Below are positions 11,647 to 25,768 of a DNA stretch of 64,000 bases, in pieces. This DNA comes from Marsupella aquatica (Eukaryota > Plantae > Marchantiophyta). How positions within the stretch are numbered: position 1 is the stretch's first letter; every line of letters starts with the position of its first letter. The translations under genes and the position numbers were made by a program. Below the pieces are notes generated by a model that worked only from the letters and a program-made list of their open reading frames with translations, had not been told where the DNA came from and ran no database searches. The stretch lies in the NCBI GenBank assembly GCA_973895155.1, contig OZ316895.1:5662687-5726686 (forward strand). Direction: 5' to 3'.

Positions 11647-14203
11647 TGAAATAATCCAGTATATGCATCAAGACCAAAGCTTTATGAATCTGATTGGAAT
11701 CTGTGGATCACATTCTACTTTGTTATTGTCCCTGTGTGAGTTGGACTCAGGCTGGATAATATATGCATAAAGTGCGACGGCTTGAGTAGTCCAAGGATAG
11801 AGATATGCCTACCGCAAACAGATATGAGATTGCCGAAGAGTACAGCAGAGATGCATAGGGAACAAATTATAACCTCAAATACGGTGGCGTTTGAGTTTGA
11901 CCGCGACAAAGACAGCAAGATAAAGCAATGCATTGTGACCCAAGATGTGCTAATGCAACTTTTGACCAAAACAAATCTGCGATAGTGCAGGTTGGCTTGG
12001 CTCCAACAATGCTTGAAGTAAGGATGCCGTGACTCAAACTCGAGAAAGCTCGGGAAACTTACCCGGGTTACCAATTATGAACTTTGACAAACAATTGCAC
12101 ATGCATTTAAGGAAAAATGGCAGCACTTCAAGTACATTGGATGGTGTGTAATCTCTGATCGGTAAGTGATAGTACCTCAACTCTTTGAACCCAGAGACGA
12201 CCACAATTCGGGGAAACAAGCCTAGCTTGGTTACAAAAGCCGTGATGCGTGGCTGTCCTGCTAAAAAATAGGATGAAGTTCGGGTCCAACACTAACCTAC
12301 TGGTGTAAACATTTGCTGCTGAGATCGAAGTTCTCGACAGCAATGATTAGCCGTAGTAATTGCAGTATTTGGAACAACTGCTGTGCATCTGCTGGTGAAT
12401 TTTGCCCCAGTCTGCGGCTTAAGACTTCAATTGTTTCTAAGCGTGAGTTGCCAAACAGGCTGAGGTGCATTGGCAGGTGCTTCCATGAGTACGTTCACAC
12501 CTATGAACGTGAGGCTGGGATATTTTCAAGTATTTCTCAAATCTAGACGTTCCCAAACCCATCCAAACATTTCTCAAACAGACGATCTCAAACACCTGGA
12601 AAATATTTCCAGCAGCGCTTGATCTTAGGAATTTAGCTGAGGGACCACACGAAATCCTCACTCCAACAATTCACAGCTTGACGTGCACCAGGGCGGTATC
12701 ACCATGAAAAGTGTTCCTACTAATGCGGGCGGGAGATTATAAGGGAGCTAGCGACTTGCACTGAAAGCGTGAACAAATGTTATACGTTTTACGCGTCAAG
12801 TTTCACAGATCTAAACAGCTGACTAAGAAAGGTGATTCACTGTGAGCCCCTTTAGTATCTCACAGCTCCACAGATTCAGGAACAACTGTCGATCAAGGTC
12901 CATTTCTGCCACTCCTGCAATCACTTGGACAAAATCAACGAACTCTCTGACAACTTTCCTGAAAGCACATCTCCACATCAGGTAAAAAACCAACACGAGC
13001 ATCTATCCATCCTTGGCATAAGGCTGTTCCGTCTAGAAAGAAATGCCGTCTAGAAACAAAAGCAGCCGCATTGGTGAAAGGCTTCTTTCACGCCTCCCTA
13101 AAAAATTGCTGACACTGGTTGGCATCTGTTGTTAACACCCTCCCTGGGTGTGACAGCTTTTATTGGTTTTGCACCATCCTGCGTCACATGAATCCTCTTT
13201 GTCTTCAATAAAACAGAGCACCACAGATACGCACTCCCAAGGGTGTTGATTGCGGCAAATTCCGCCTTCAACCAATAAAAGCTTCAGTTTGGTTGCAAGA
13301 CACAGTCTTCAGGAAATCAACAGCAACAGATTGAAGTAATAATAACCATCTCCTATATTTCCATCCCTCTTGAAATTCACAATATGACCTTTCCCTCTGC
13401 GACCCCAAAATAGTACGAGGGCCCAACAACGTCAGAGTGAAAGGGGAGTCCAGATTAGCTTTGATTCTGATGAGAAAATAGAATTCATATCAGACTGCTG
13501 GCCATGACAACCTTTATTTAAAGAATTCGGTTTTGATACATAAGTTGGCTGCCAACAGGTACGATTCAACCCATTTTGTAGCTGGAACTAGGCCAACGTC
13601 CCGCCTGATCCAAGACACATAAACAGCAGGCGTCTCTAAATCACCTCCAAAGCATTTGAAAGATGACTTACGTTGTACTAAACCATTGCAGAAAACACAT
13701 TGGCTGGGTGACGATAAACGATGACTGGTGAGGCTACTGCTGACCAGCTCGTTGAACACTCTGGTCTGACCCCTGTTGAGACTCTTCATCCTCCACATAA
13801 CTGGTGAATGTATCAATAAGCCCTTCAAAGTACATAATCAGCATGTACAAAATGGACAAATTTTCAGAGACACATAACAAGCCGATGCTGGAAAAATCCC
13901 TGCATGTTAAAGCAATATTCAATTGTTAGTGACTCCCCATAACTGACGGTCACCATGTTATTAATGCCATAACATAAGAAATTCTCAGACGATTGTTCAT
14001 CAATGGAAGACGACCGTTGGTAATGAAAAAAATACAACTCTACGATGGCCTACCAGGGTAATAATCCAAGACGACCTGAGAATCATAGCTTACCAATCTC
14101 ACTATTGGATATATCGGAGGAATGATTGCTGCTATGAGGTCACCGCATCTGTTGCAGTGTTCGAACAAAATGTACAGTTTCAACGCTTTCTCATAAAGTC
14201 TCC

Positions 14204-17200
14204 TTAATCTACCTCATCCTCACTGCTGCTGCTTTCATCTGTAGGGCGCCTGCGATTACGTATCCCGCGATGTACCACCATCTCTTCATCGTCTGTGCTG
14301 TAATTACTGGCTTCTTCTTCACTAGAAGGGGAAGATTCTGCTTCTGGTTCTTCTTCTTGGCTGGTCCCATCATCAGATTTAGATACCTCAGGTTTTCCGC
14401 TAGAAGCCTTCTTTGTAACATTCACAGGTTCATCTTCCCCATCTGTTCCGTCCTCAATTTCCACTCTCCGTCGCCTTCTGACTTGCCGACCCCCTTTACG
14501 TGCCTCTTCTAAAGCTTCCCCTCCTCGTTTATCTCCATCAGATTCTTTCCTACGCTTTAAAAACTTGCCGGTATCCAGATCGGAGTCTTTGAAGCCCAAG
14601 TGCTCATCCTCCTCATCATCCGAGTCTGAAAGAGATTTTACCTCATTCCTTCGCCTTTTGCGGCCAGGATTGGTCTGGAAAGAAACACTTAACATAAGCA
14701 GAGTTTCGGAGAAGATTCTATTCGACTAAAAACTGACAGCAAAATATTACAAAAAAACTCGGAAGTTCGAATTGATAGGACTGTGGATGTTTTACTTCGT
14801 CCCTACTCTCGACTCTGCTTTTGGTCAAAAAAATCAGTTTCACCATTCAGCCCCTGGGTCCCCGAAATTACTCACCTTCGGACCCCGACCCACAAGGTGA
14901 GCCCAGGCAGGTCGATTCCTCAGGCAATCAAGGACAGCTAGACGATGGCTTGGATATGCATACCGCTCACCATTCGGCTTCCGTAGTTTGGACCAAAGCT
15001 GCGACAAACAAACAGTTGGTGTTAAGCACAAATGAGAGAATAAGGACTGTTGTAGGAAGATTGACACTCAAAGGAACTCTATGAGAATCAGCCAAACAGC
15101 ACAATCCAAAGCTGTTAAAAAATCTAGTATGAAAGAACTCTACCCAGAAAATGTAAACAGATAAACTGGGCATGCTGAATCTTACAGGTAATACAGCTTC
15201 ACAAACATCTTCGTATGACAGCTGATGGTCTCGACTGCTCAAAACCTCGTCAATTAGCCCTGCAGACGGATAACATCAATTTCCAGCACAACAGTGAAAT
15301 AACAAATTTTCATTTCTGTTCCACTAGAATGTGCACACCAATGACCAAAGGCAGAAGATTCTGAACAGAAGGTCTACGATTAATTGAGTCATTTGACTCA
15401 GAAAGATGAGGGCAACAACATTGTTCCAAACAATCAGACCGGTCATTCATGCCGTAACTAAGTATCTGAAACGTTAATTAGCGTTTGTAACATTTGGTCA
15501 ATTTACTTAATTAACGTTTCAGATACCTGGAAGAGTAAGAACGTTGCTCTGAGCTGGACTCTTCTTGTCCCCTTCTTGACTCTCATCGTTGCCAGGAACA
15601 ATTATGGACAAATTTCCTTTGGCAAAACCATGGTGCCGAGAATTGCCTTCGACAGATCCTGACTTTTCTTTGGTAGAGAAACCATCCATTGATCCATTAC
15701 GGCCAGATTTCTCAATGGAAACCTTCTCATCGTCCATCTTGTTGTCGTCTGACCTCTTTCCTCCACTCTTGGCCCCCTCCTCTCTCGATGTATCTTTATG
15801 ACGATCTTCCCTGGTTCTTTTTCTTTGAGCCTACACAACAGAAAAAAATGCTCAAGACTTCACAAAACAACGAGTAAAGTTGTACACCATCGGAACAGAG
15901 ATATGCAAGACGAAAATGTCAGCCAATGCGGAAAGCCACAACAATGCAAAACAAGACGTAAAAGAATAATGGCGGGGACGAGCGTACAGCCCTTGACAGC
16001 ATACCAGTTGGTAGTCCTTATGATTAGGCCCACCACTTCCAGCAGAAGCAAAAGACCCCTTTGCTGACGAGAGGGAAGGTGACACCAGCTGTAAAGCTAC
16101 TCCAGCTTGACGCACCCTTGGTACACGGGGAACTCTAGGGGAACTATTCAATTCTTGATGCAATAAAAGAGCAAGCTGAATACACAAGGACAAATCATAA
16201 GGATCAGTCAAAGCGGACCACACGGGACAGCAAACAGTGCAAGAAAGAGCAACCGTGCATTAGGTGACGTCAAATTACACAACATGGAACCACTAAAGGA
16301 GACGCGTACCTTCTAAAGTAGAACACAAATGTGAGACTAAAGGCGATAATCGTATGGAATTCAGAAAGACGTACCAAATACCAAATACGAGACGTGAACA
16401 GACAAGAATATCGGCAAATGAGAAAGATAGACTTGCGAGACAAGCAACATACCTCTTCGTCCTTTAAAGTAGTGGCCACAGAACTTGTGAGGACTGTGGG
16501 AGGCGATCGCTTGGTCGAAACTTGAGGGGGAGGAGGAGGCATAGTTGCCATTGCTTTTGGAACCGGTGGCGCAGATGGCATGCTTGACTTCTCATCCTTG
16601 TGCGACATAGACTTGCTGTGATGTAATGCTGTATGTTTAGCAGAAGAGGGCGTGGAAGAAACTTTTGACGTACTTGATCCCGGGCCAGAATGGTGCTTCA
16701 TTAGAGACGATCCTTTTGTGGGCACAAGGGAATATGACGACTTTCCAGATGACGGAGGTTTCGCACCTACAGGCTTTTCACTTGCTTTTAAAGCACCTTT
16801 ACTGCTCGTATGGGTCGAATTCTTCAAATTTTCTTTCGCTGTTGTACTTGAGGAAGATCCGCTATGATTCATTCCTCGAGAAGATACGACACCACTTGTG
16901 GTTGTGGTTTTGGCCATGCTATTGCTTCCATCACCGGACTTCGTCACTGGCAGACTGTTGGATCTTGAAGATTGCTTAGACATACTCGGAACCTTTGTGG
17001 ATTGAGGAGATGTTGGAAGAGAAGAAGAGGACTTTGAGGGCTGTAAGGTGCCAACTTGCTTGCTGCTGGAAACATTGGGGGTTAGAGAGCCTGATAACTT
17101 CGACGATGAATGAAGAGCAGACGCGTTCGGGGTCAAGCCCCCAGAAAGAGATTTCTGCGACGGCAGCGACTCAGGAACTTTGACACTTGGTTGAGGTTTT

Positions 17201-20200
17201 GAAGATGGGGTCGTCACCAAAGGAGATGTTGGAGACGAAGAGGAGGTCCCAGAGGAAGGAGATTTTAAAGAGACAGATATTTTGGTATTGCTCACACTAG
17301 AGTTCAGTGTCTGTGATGTTAGGGTCCCTGAAGGGTCCTTAGATGTATGGTTTTCCCTATGCTTGCGACTTACATATACATGCCCTATGCCATTTAATTG
17401 CCGAGCTTGCTGGCAGATGACTGGAGTAACTTGAGCAGAAGGTGTAGGCTTTGCGACCTGTGTATCGGAATACAATCCAGTAGCAACCTTAGTTTCCTTC
17501 GGACTCGCTGCCTGCAGAGAGGACTCGTTACGGCTAGGCTCTGACACTCCTACCTGGGCTTTGGTTAACGGCTGCTGATCACTCTCGATTCGCTGTACAG
17601 AAGACGGTTGTGACGGAGATGAGGCTTCCGACAATCCACCCGGTGATTTCTGTGCTGGAGTTGTTGGTGCTGTATGCAGCCGGGATGGTTGCCCTTGCTT
17701 GCTAGCTTGCTGGGCTAGAGAAGTACAATCCTGTTGAGCCTGACCATGCTGCTTTCCTGAAGCAGCGTCATCACCAGAGATTCCTTTCATAGATGGGGTT
17801 GCCATTGCCACAGAGTTGTGAACTGACTTTGGGTTTCCACACACTGAGAGTGACTGGCCCGTTTGGGAGGATGCGTGTTGCTGAGGTGTTGAACCAGAGA
17901 CTAACCGCTGCAAGTGCGGATTGCACCTATCTCCATGCATTTTCCCACGGACCGAAGCTGGTAGGTGGCCAGCCGTGCGGGCTGAGCCCTGGCTCCTTGT
18001 TTCGGTGCTTACAGCTGATGCTGAAAGTTTACTAGTTCTGTCCTCCATCGTGTCCGCAACGACTGGAGACACAACTCTATCCTGGGGAATCGTCACAGAC
18101 CTTCCATTTCCATTGTCTGGCTCGGCTGGAACCGACCCAGGACAACTATACACCACAGGTACCGTTGAACTCTCTGGAAGTATTTGTACTAGCTTAGATG
18201 AATTATCCGATGAGCTGCCTGGCAAGGGCCCCTCCACAGACCCAGCCTGCTTATTCCCACTAACAGCATTACTAGAATCACCTGCAGTACGCGTTTCAGC
18301 ATCATCAGCACTACTGGGCCTACTCGCCACAACATGTGCCCCATCCTGACGCAAGTCTTCAGCCCTTGCAGCGAATTCCCCAGGTGATTTGGCAGCTACT
18401 ACGGTTCTCACTGCAGGCAATTCCAGTGCCTGTATTGTCCCAACCTTACAAGTCAACATCCATCGCAGAAATATGACAAACCATGCAGCATCTTTCCTAG
18501 AGCCGAAATTCTCCCGAACCACTTCTAGCCTTCGAGTTACTCCGGCAAATTTACTTTCCGGGAACGACCAATTTTAAGCTCTGATTGATTCCTCCCGCAA
18601 GCTCAAATTGCAGAACATCATCATCAAAGGAGGTTATATTGCACTACTCACATCACAAATACCACGAAAAACAAGCATTCTGGGCAAACGGGAAGATTCA
18701 ACCGAAATTAGGTCTCTTTCCCATTAGATAAGGACCAACTGGAGCCTAGATTTATTACTAGAAGCGAAGTGCACAAACAACCTTTAGTCCAGATTTTAAA
18801 CATTGCGAGAAGAAAAATTACCTCCGAGATCTCTGCAGTTTTGGTACCCACAGATACATGATTCACTGTGTAAGCAATTGGCTCAAGCTTGATTAAGGGT
18901 CTTCTTTTCTCGTCCCTCCATTTCGCATTTTCGTGCATCCCAGCAATTTTGTGAAGGTTTGGCACATCCACATCAACCTTCTTTGTATCTGTTGGAGAAT
19001 TGTTGCAAATCTTATCCTTACCAAGGCTTTCTTGTCTATTTCCATCAGAACAGGCTTGGTTGCCTTCTGCCCTAGATCGTACCGCCTCGGTACCCGCTTC
19101 GCAATAATCCAACTCCCTTTTGAAAACAGCTTTGACTTCTAAGGTTTCACCGCTGTTGACAGCAGAGGGAACAGAGAGAACGGCTGGTTCCTGCTTCACG
19201 TTCCTTGCTTCTTGCTTGGGAGATACAGGCGAGCTGCGTCTTCGTACCTTTTCACACTCTTGACAAAACGACTCAGATCCACCACCTGTGGAGCCCCCTG
19301 AAAGACATCATCACCCACACAAGCAACGGATATCTCAGTACTTGAAAGAATCCCGTGGCTTCTTGACCTACTACTGCAGTCCCTGAGTGGCAAAGTTGTC
19401 GTCAGCTTTCGAAGCTGAAATGTTTGACAGACCACTCAAAGACTGGATATGATGCCCCAGGCTTCAAAACGGGGTTTGTCACTGAGCACCATCACGGTCT
19501 GGAACCAAGTGCGTTCCAAAGAAGCTCGCCGTGATACCTAACCCATATGTGCATGGAGCCCCACTCAGCTGGGTCCACGAATGTTACCTCATAATATAGA
19601 ATAATCGCCTTGGCCACATACCGATAAAGAAAACCTATAAAAGCACACCAAAATGGGGTTACAATAAATCAGGTACCTCCCATGGTGGAACATTCGTAAA
19701 AGAATTTTAGAACCTTACCCGTTGTGGGTTCCAAAAGAGGCTCAACCTTGCCGCATGAGCCGCACAGGATCACATCTCCGTCCATGAACTCCTGCACTGC
19801 CAGTTTTTTCATCGCCTTTGGGTTCTTAGGTGAGGACAAGGGGGACTTTAGGGCACTTATTTCCTGAGCTGGAGCACCCTCCACCATTTTAGAATCCCTA
19901 CCCTCGTCAGGTTTACAGACATCACCGTTGATTCGAGGCTTCTTCTTGCTCGACTGCTCCTTCAGGCCGCCTTCATTCCGAACCCTCTTCCCGTTGTACT
20001 GAGGTTTCTCGTCCCTCACCTTTGGCTTGTGTCTGTTCTTACTGAGCTTTCCTTCGCCCTTTCTCGCCTGCAAACTCTTACCCTGCTTACCCTTGGGAGT
20101 CCCTTCGTTAACTAGTACTTCCTCTTTCGACACCTCCTCCTCCCGCGAGTTATTCGTGTCGACGGCCATGGGCGCTATTGTTGCGTGAACGTCTTTCAGA

Positions 20201-20802
20201 ACCAAGGGGTGGAACTTTCTGTCGTTATCTGCCAACATTGGAGAGTTCAACTCTTTATACTCTTTCAAATCAAGCAGCAATTCGAGGACGTCATCTTGAG
20301 GCTCCGGAAGCTCCTTGTATTCGAGTTTGAGAAGCTTGGGCACATACCCTGTATCTTTCCAAAGTTGCCGGCAACATACCCCTGGCGCCCCTACGAAGAA
20401 CGAAGGATCCCCACCTGGTATGCCATGGACATGAACCCGTTCTTCGATAGGTATTTCAGAAGCGTTCTGATGTCCTGTGATATATGTTTCAGGCTTCTCC
20501 TGCTGATTCCTTTCCTGCTCAAAACTCACAGACTTGCTAGGAAGATCAGCGAGCAACTGCGCAACCTCCGACTCCGACTCCTTCAACTTTTTCTTCGTCT
20601 TACATTTGTCACACACGAAAGTTGGAAGTCCTTTCGCGACCCGACAGCAGGCGGTATGGACCCAGACACCGCATTCGTCGCACTCCACCATCTCCTCCCC
20701 GTCGTCATAATTAACTCCGCACGGGCAGTCCACGATCCACGACTCGTCGCCCCAGTCGTCTGACTCTGAGCTCGAGGGACGAGGCGGTCCCTTTCCCCCC
20801 AT
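14204..20802 (-). CDS. Large PHD-finger chromatin protein (plant family with N-terminal PHD and conserved C-terminal domain; At1g32810/At4g10600-like), 8 exons: 20802-19719, 19297-18822, 18429-16453, 16175-16005, 15830-15527, 15259-15186, 14998-14876, 14674-14204
   Basis: The PHD finger reads WIVDCPCGVNYDDGEEMVECDECGVWVHTACCRV...FVCDKC. Conserved blocks DEE|LALLLHQELNSSPRVPRVPR, LP|GLIDEVL and LRKPNGERYAYPSHRLAVLDCLRNRPAWAHLVGRGPK|TN join in frame across canonical GT-AG sites. The central region is S/P/T-rich low-complexity sequence and the C-terminus is acidic/basic. Confidence 0.88.
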
Positions 20803-22460
20803 GCCTTGCTACGACTGATGATCCACCTTCACTGTTCTTGGCCACTACAACACCCAATCTTTTCGTCTATGACGAGCCACTCCTGATAATACTACTACGT
20901 CGACTATAACCCTACCCTGCGTCCGACCAATCATCAAAAAAGGAACTGAGAAGATGCATGGCATCCTGCCTTTCACGCTCGCTCTATCTACGCTACTCCC
21001 ACCCGGGAGTACCGCGCTTGTTCATTACAACGTCTCCACGACGACGAGAACATCACCCACCTCGCCTCCTTCTGCGCAGACCATCCTACACGACCTCCCT
21101 CTGCCCAACACATCTGTCCACGGTGAGAGGTGCTGCGAAACAAACCGCAAGGGCCGGAAGGACGACCAAGACAGAAACGATAGCATCCACATGAATCAGT
21201 TGCCTCCTCCAGAGTTCCCTTCCTTCTCCCTCTCCTGTGTTCCTTCCTGGTAGCTCTCGTTCGTGCCTTCCGCCAACGGGTCTCCTAAGTTCTCCTCTGC
21301 GTCTTCGTACTTCTAAACCTCACCCGTGCTTCACAAATTGGAAGACAGCTCCAAACCTAATCATGCTTCAAGCTTCTTTCAATGCCCGAGGCAAGGCTCC
21401 TCCCTGCTCGCCGGCCCAACACAACCGCAGTGCTGCACAAACATCAACACAACGCAACAGACGACATGAATCAACACTCGTCACCTTGGCTGCCTCGACA
21501 ATAGTAGTAGTATGCTTTCCTCGTCCTCCGTATCCTCTCGTCTCTCTCCCACTGGGTGCGGCGACTACAGTAGCATTCCGTCCTCGTCTTCATTGTCCCT
21601 ATTGCCTCCCATCCTCCCGCCATAGTCAAAAAGCCCAGACGACGACACTCACTAATAAAACACAATATGTCCGACGCAAACCATCGCCCGCCATCTCTGT
21701 CCTGTCAGCATCGTCATCTCTTCCTCTCTTCCGCCTTCTCCCTCCCCTCCTCCTCCTCCTCATTCATAAACTAATCTACTTCTTCATCCCGTCCTCCATC
21801 CATCCGTCCATCCCATCCATCTCTCTGTTCGTCCGTCCGTCCACTCATTTGCGCATCCTTCTTCGTTCATTCATCCATTCCTTCTTCGAAAGTGGAGACG
21901 TCCTCCTCTGCTGAGGTACAAGGCCGAGAAATTGACGACGAAACCATCCCTGGCCAAGCGACCCACTGCCAAACTCCGTCCGCCTCGTCTGCTCTACTCT
22001 ACAAACTCGTCTCCCACTCCGTCTCGTCTCGTCTTGTCTCGTCTGTCTTTGCCTTCATTCCTTTCCTGCATCCCTTTTCGTTCCGTTCTCAGCGGCCGCG
22101 CATTGCGCAACCGATGCCGATCACGAGCGCTTCATTAAAAGCAGCGATCCGAGGCCCGCGGGGACCGCAAATACGGTACAACAAGACTTTTCCACACACA
22201 ACACAACTCGATACGGTAAAGTGGGTAGTACGCCTGCCGCACATCCCGAAGCAGGAAGGGACTCTCGACCTGTCTACGAAAAGGGGATTGACTCCACTCC
22301 AAGAGCGAATCGTCTCGCTCGACGAGGGACATCAGTCTCGATTCCACGAGGGACTCCACCACAAGACAGCAGAAGGACTCCCGCTCGAGTCTGGACCATA
22401 GAGAGCAAAAGGAAAGGAAAGCCGATGTTTCGTCGAGGAGAGGATTACAGTAGACAGAGT

Positions 22461-22510
22461 TTTAGGGTTTCGAGGGAAGGAACAAGGAAAGAACGGGGCC
22501 GGGCCAGGGT
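22461..22510 (-). promoter_or_regulatory. Telo-box (AAACCCTAA) with adjacent GGCCC site-II-like motifs at the probable promoter/TSS of the PHD gene
   Basis: TTTAGGGTTT at 22461-22470 and GGGCCGGGCC near 22496-22505 sit where a strand-skewed ~1.7-kb leader-like region meets AT-rich intergenic DNA. Confidence 0.45.
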
Positions 22511-24868
22511 AGGCAGCATATAAGAGCCACACACGTGGACCCGGCGCAGAGGGGTTGGCCAATCATGGCCAACATGAATGCGCCAATTTGATAGTTTTTT
22601 CATTTTAAAAAGAAGGTATACCCTGACAGTTAGTGCTTACACCAGGGTGCTTAGACTATTCTTAATATTTACATGAAATAATTATTTCTAGGTTTCAGAG
22701 TGTCTGAGAGGCAGCTGTTCACTACCCGTATTGGCCTCAATGGCTAGGCCAGTCGTGCCTGAAGTACATTTTGTGAGTTTCGTTGTTGGGAGTAGAAAAA
22801 AGAAAAACACATATTTTTTACAGAAAAGGGCCAAATAGAGTAAAAAAATTAAACAAGAGAGGTCCCAAGTGGACAAAACCAAACGCAAAGAGTACATTAT
22901 GCCAGTTTTATTGCCGCTGTGGCTTCCAGGTGTTGCAAGATTATTGTTGTTTTTCATGGTATTTGGGGAGAGTGAGCAGGTAAAGCTACCACATGCCCAA
23001 ACACGCTAGTTCTGGCATGTAGGAGGAAACTTAAACTTGGCGGGCTCCAGGGTTTTAAGTTTTCAGGGCTCAGTGGGGGTCTAGAAAACAGCTTTCCCCA
23101 CCACCCACCCTAAGTTGTCTCTAGGCAGACATTCCCTGCTACCTATAGAAATGCTCTTGTGGCAGCAGTCAATCCTCCTATCCTCCTATTGTGATAGTAA
23201 GAACACTTTTAGTTGGCAGATGTGATATGGAAGAAAGCTCTTCCACAAGCATTTAAGAAACTCAAAATTAAGCAGAATATTATGGCCTACGATTGCATCC
23301 AAAAGGAAGACTATTGAAGTTTGTGAATGACCGCAATGAGGTATCAGAGTAACTTTCTCTCACAAGTAATGAGGACCTGAAATGTGTCAAAAATATTACT
23401 AGTAATTTGCAATAGATTTAGAGGAAAGCCTCTAGACCCTAACTCTTTTCTTGGAGTGTTGTTTTTACTCACCTATAATTACTTTCAAAACAACAGGTAG
23501 TCAGACTAGTGTTCAAAATGTAAAGAAGATAGGTCATTTTTTCACACATCAGTGTAAAAAATACTGTTGGGGCACAATCTTGTGGGGCAGATTACACACT
23601 GACCTGATGCCATTTGGGTTTGCAGCACACAATGTTAGATGCTATGGGAGCCGTTAGGCTAAAATTCAAGGAAAAAAAAAGGTCAGGTTTGGTTGACCAC
23701 GGAATAACCAGGGGAGGTTAGCAAATTAGCATAGCGGGTTACCTGATATAGTACAAATAAATGCAAGTAAGCTAATATTAGCTCGGCCAAGGTGTTCAAA
23801 CCTTAATATAGTTACTTCCAGTTTTCCCAAATATCACCTTTTGTTCCATTCTAATTTGGGGGGCCGCTAACTGTCCCTTTGTCCAGCTTTTCGCGGGAAG
23901 GTCCAAAACATGATGATTACATGAATTGTAAAGAAAGGTGGGGCATATCAAGCCCTAAGTAGAGGGACCCTTAAAAAAAGAAAAAGAAAAGTAAAGGTGC
24001 CCTCTACATCGTAGATTCCGTGTTGCATGATGCCAATCTGAAATCAACTTGGAGGAAATTCTTTCACTCTGTCTTATTATTTCCCGCTTTGGTGGGCCTA
24101 AAATGCCAGCTGATCACCCACCTGAAATTAGGTGTTCCACCTCCAAAAGAAGCCAACATATTCGTTTGGCGATAGATAAGAGAGCTTTTTGGTGACCTTT
24201 ATGTTGGATAGACGGTGTTGAATAATATCGTTGTTTACCTGCTATGCTTGTTTGAACTTAATGGTACCTTTGCAACCCCACAGAGGTCATAGTAGGGTTT
24301 TGAGTGGGCGTTCCCTCTTCATCATTCATCTGCAAGAGGATGTCTGAATTGTGTCCTGTGGTGGGGGGCCCCTGATCAAAAGGCCATGGAAGTAGTTGGC
24401 GAGTATGATGGCCAGCCCATAAAGAGAAAATGGCTTTAAAAGACCCAACTACCAGAGGGCTTCTTGCCCAGCGCCCCCCCCCCCCCCCCCACACACAACC
24501 TCCAAGAAGTTGTCCAGGCATTGGAGACCCACAGATCCAATAAGTTTTTAACACCTTCATCCCATGTATACCCTAGTGCTACATCTAATAAGTTTTTAAC
24601 AAATACCCAAGTATAGATCTAGACTCTTTCAGAGCTTTTGCACGGAAAAATGAATGGAACAGCAAGCAAGTACAACAAATGTGTTTTGAGCAAAGCACAG
24701 GTAGTCAGGACTCTTAACAAAAATATTTACAGCGAAACTGAATTGAGTTTTATCCTTAATTCACTGTATGTTAAAAAGTAGCTTGGGTTTGCAACATTTC
24801 CTCTTCTTGATAATTACTTTTTTCATAAGACTATTTGAAGCAAATATAAACCTGGAAACGTTCGTTCA

Positions 24869-25096
24869 ACTAATTTTTGAAATTTCTTTTGAATGGATTT
24901 ATTCATTTTAATACAGTGAAACCCTATGGATAGGGGGAACAACAGCCCTACAAAAGGGGGGAGGAACAACAGAGAAGCCAAACAGCCCAAAGGACCAAAC
25001 CAGCCACCAGCCACTCCCAGGGCTGGAAGAGCGAGCCCAGCAGGACAAGAGGGCCACCACCACGCAGGCCAATACTAATCTTTGAAATTTATTTTG
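24869..25096 (-). mobile_element. Short (~180 bp) retroposed stub, probably a heavily 5'-truncated LINE 3' end
   Basis: Flanked by a near-identical 23-bp direct repeat, ACTAATTTTTGAAATTTCTTTTG (24869-24891) and ACTAATCTTTGAAATTTATTTTG (25074-25096). The GC-richer body has the same C/A strand skew as the LINE 3' UTRs at ~37280 and ~56170. Confidence 0.55.
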
Positions 25097-25520
25097 CAAT
25101 TTTACTTTTGCAAAATATAATTTATCTCATTTATCTTGCTTAATGAAAAAGCATGTCGGTATTAGATTTTAATGTTCCTACATTAACCTGAGAACCCTCA
25201 CATCAACCGTCTCAACGGTGGGGACAATCTAGAGGACCTGGAGTATAAATTGTCCATTGACATTCGAATATTTGAAAAACAAATCCTTACTTTTGATTCT
25301 AGGTCGCCTGTTATCACTTGCCAAGCGGTGTTGCACTCTAAGCCATAATAACAATTATTTTTAATTGGTTCCTACTGTATATTGGAGTCTCCATTGACCA
25401 GGGTAGGTTTTTTAATAGTTGACTAGATATGATAACCAATTTTTTCGGTAATTCTTATGTGTCTTAATCAATGAAAAATGGATATTCTTAGCCTCACGTG
25501 AAATGTTCTACACAATCATA

Positions 25521-25768
25521 TTATATTTGGGTCCATTTTTAACAACTTTAAGAACATTCAAAATATTGTTCTGGGCGTATTAAATGTGCAACACATTAGT
25601 TCACTCCAGGTGAGTACTACTATTTTCCATAATTCTTTTCACACTACTGTGTAAACCTTATTTGGGTCCATTTTTTAACAACTTTAAGAAGAGTCAGAAT
25701 AGTTTTCTGGGCGTATTGAGTGTGCAACACATTAGTTTCCTCCATATGAGTGCCACTATTTTCCACAT
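25521..25768. repeat. Diverged ~137-bp tandem duplication
   Basis: TATTTGGGTCCATTTTTAACAACTTTAAGAA...CTGGGCGTATT..TGTGCAACACATTAGTT...ACTATTTTCCA occurs twice. Confidence 0.85.

Noticed and set aside
11650-14200. Hidden gene or ncRNA between the convergent CYP28 and PHD genes
   Set aside because: No credible ORF, snoRNA box pair or hairpin was identified by eye. It is consistent with long 3' UTR sequence.
20954-22562. Several 100-225 aa ORFs upstream of the PHD gene
   Set aside because: Low-complexity translations of a CT-rich leader region, mostly with non-ATG starts and no recognisable motifs.
24474-24490. Poly-C/poly-G run (potential G-quadruplex)
   Set aside because: An isolated homopolymer with no supporting context; its length may also be a sequencing artefact.
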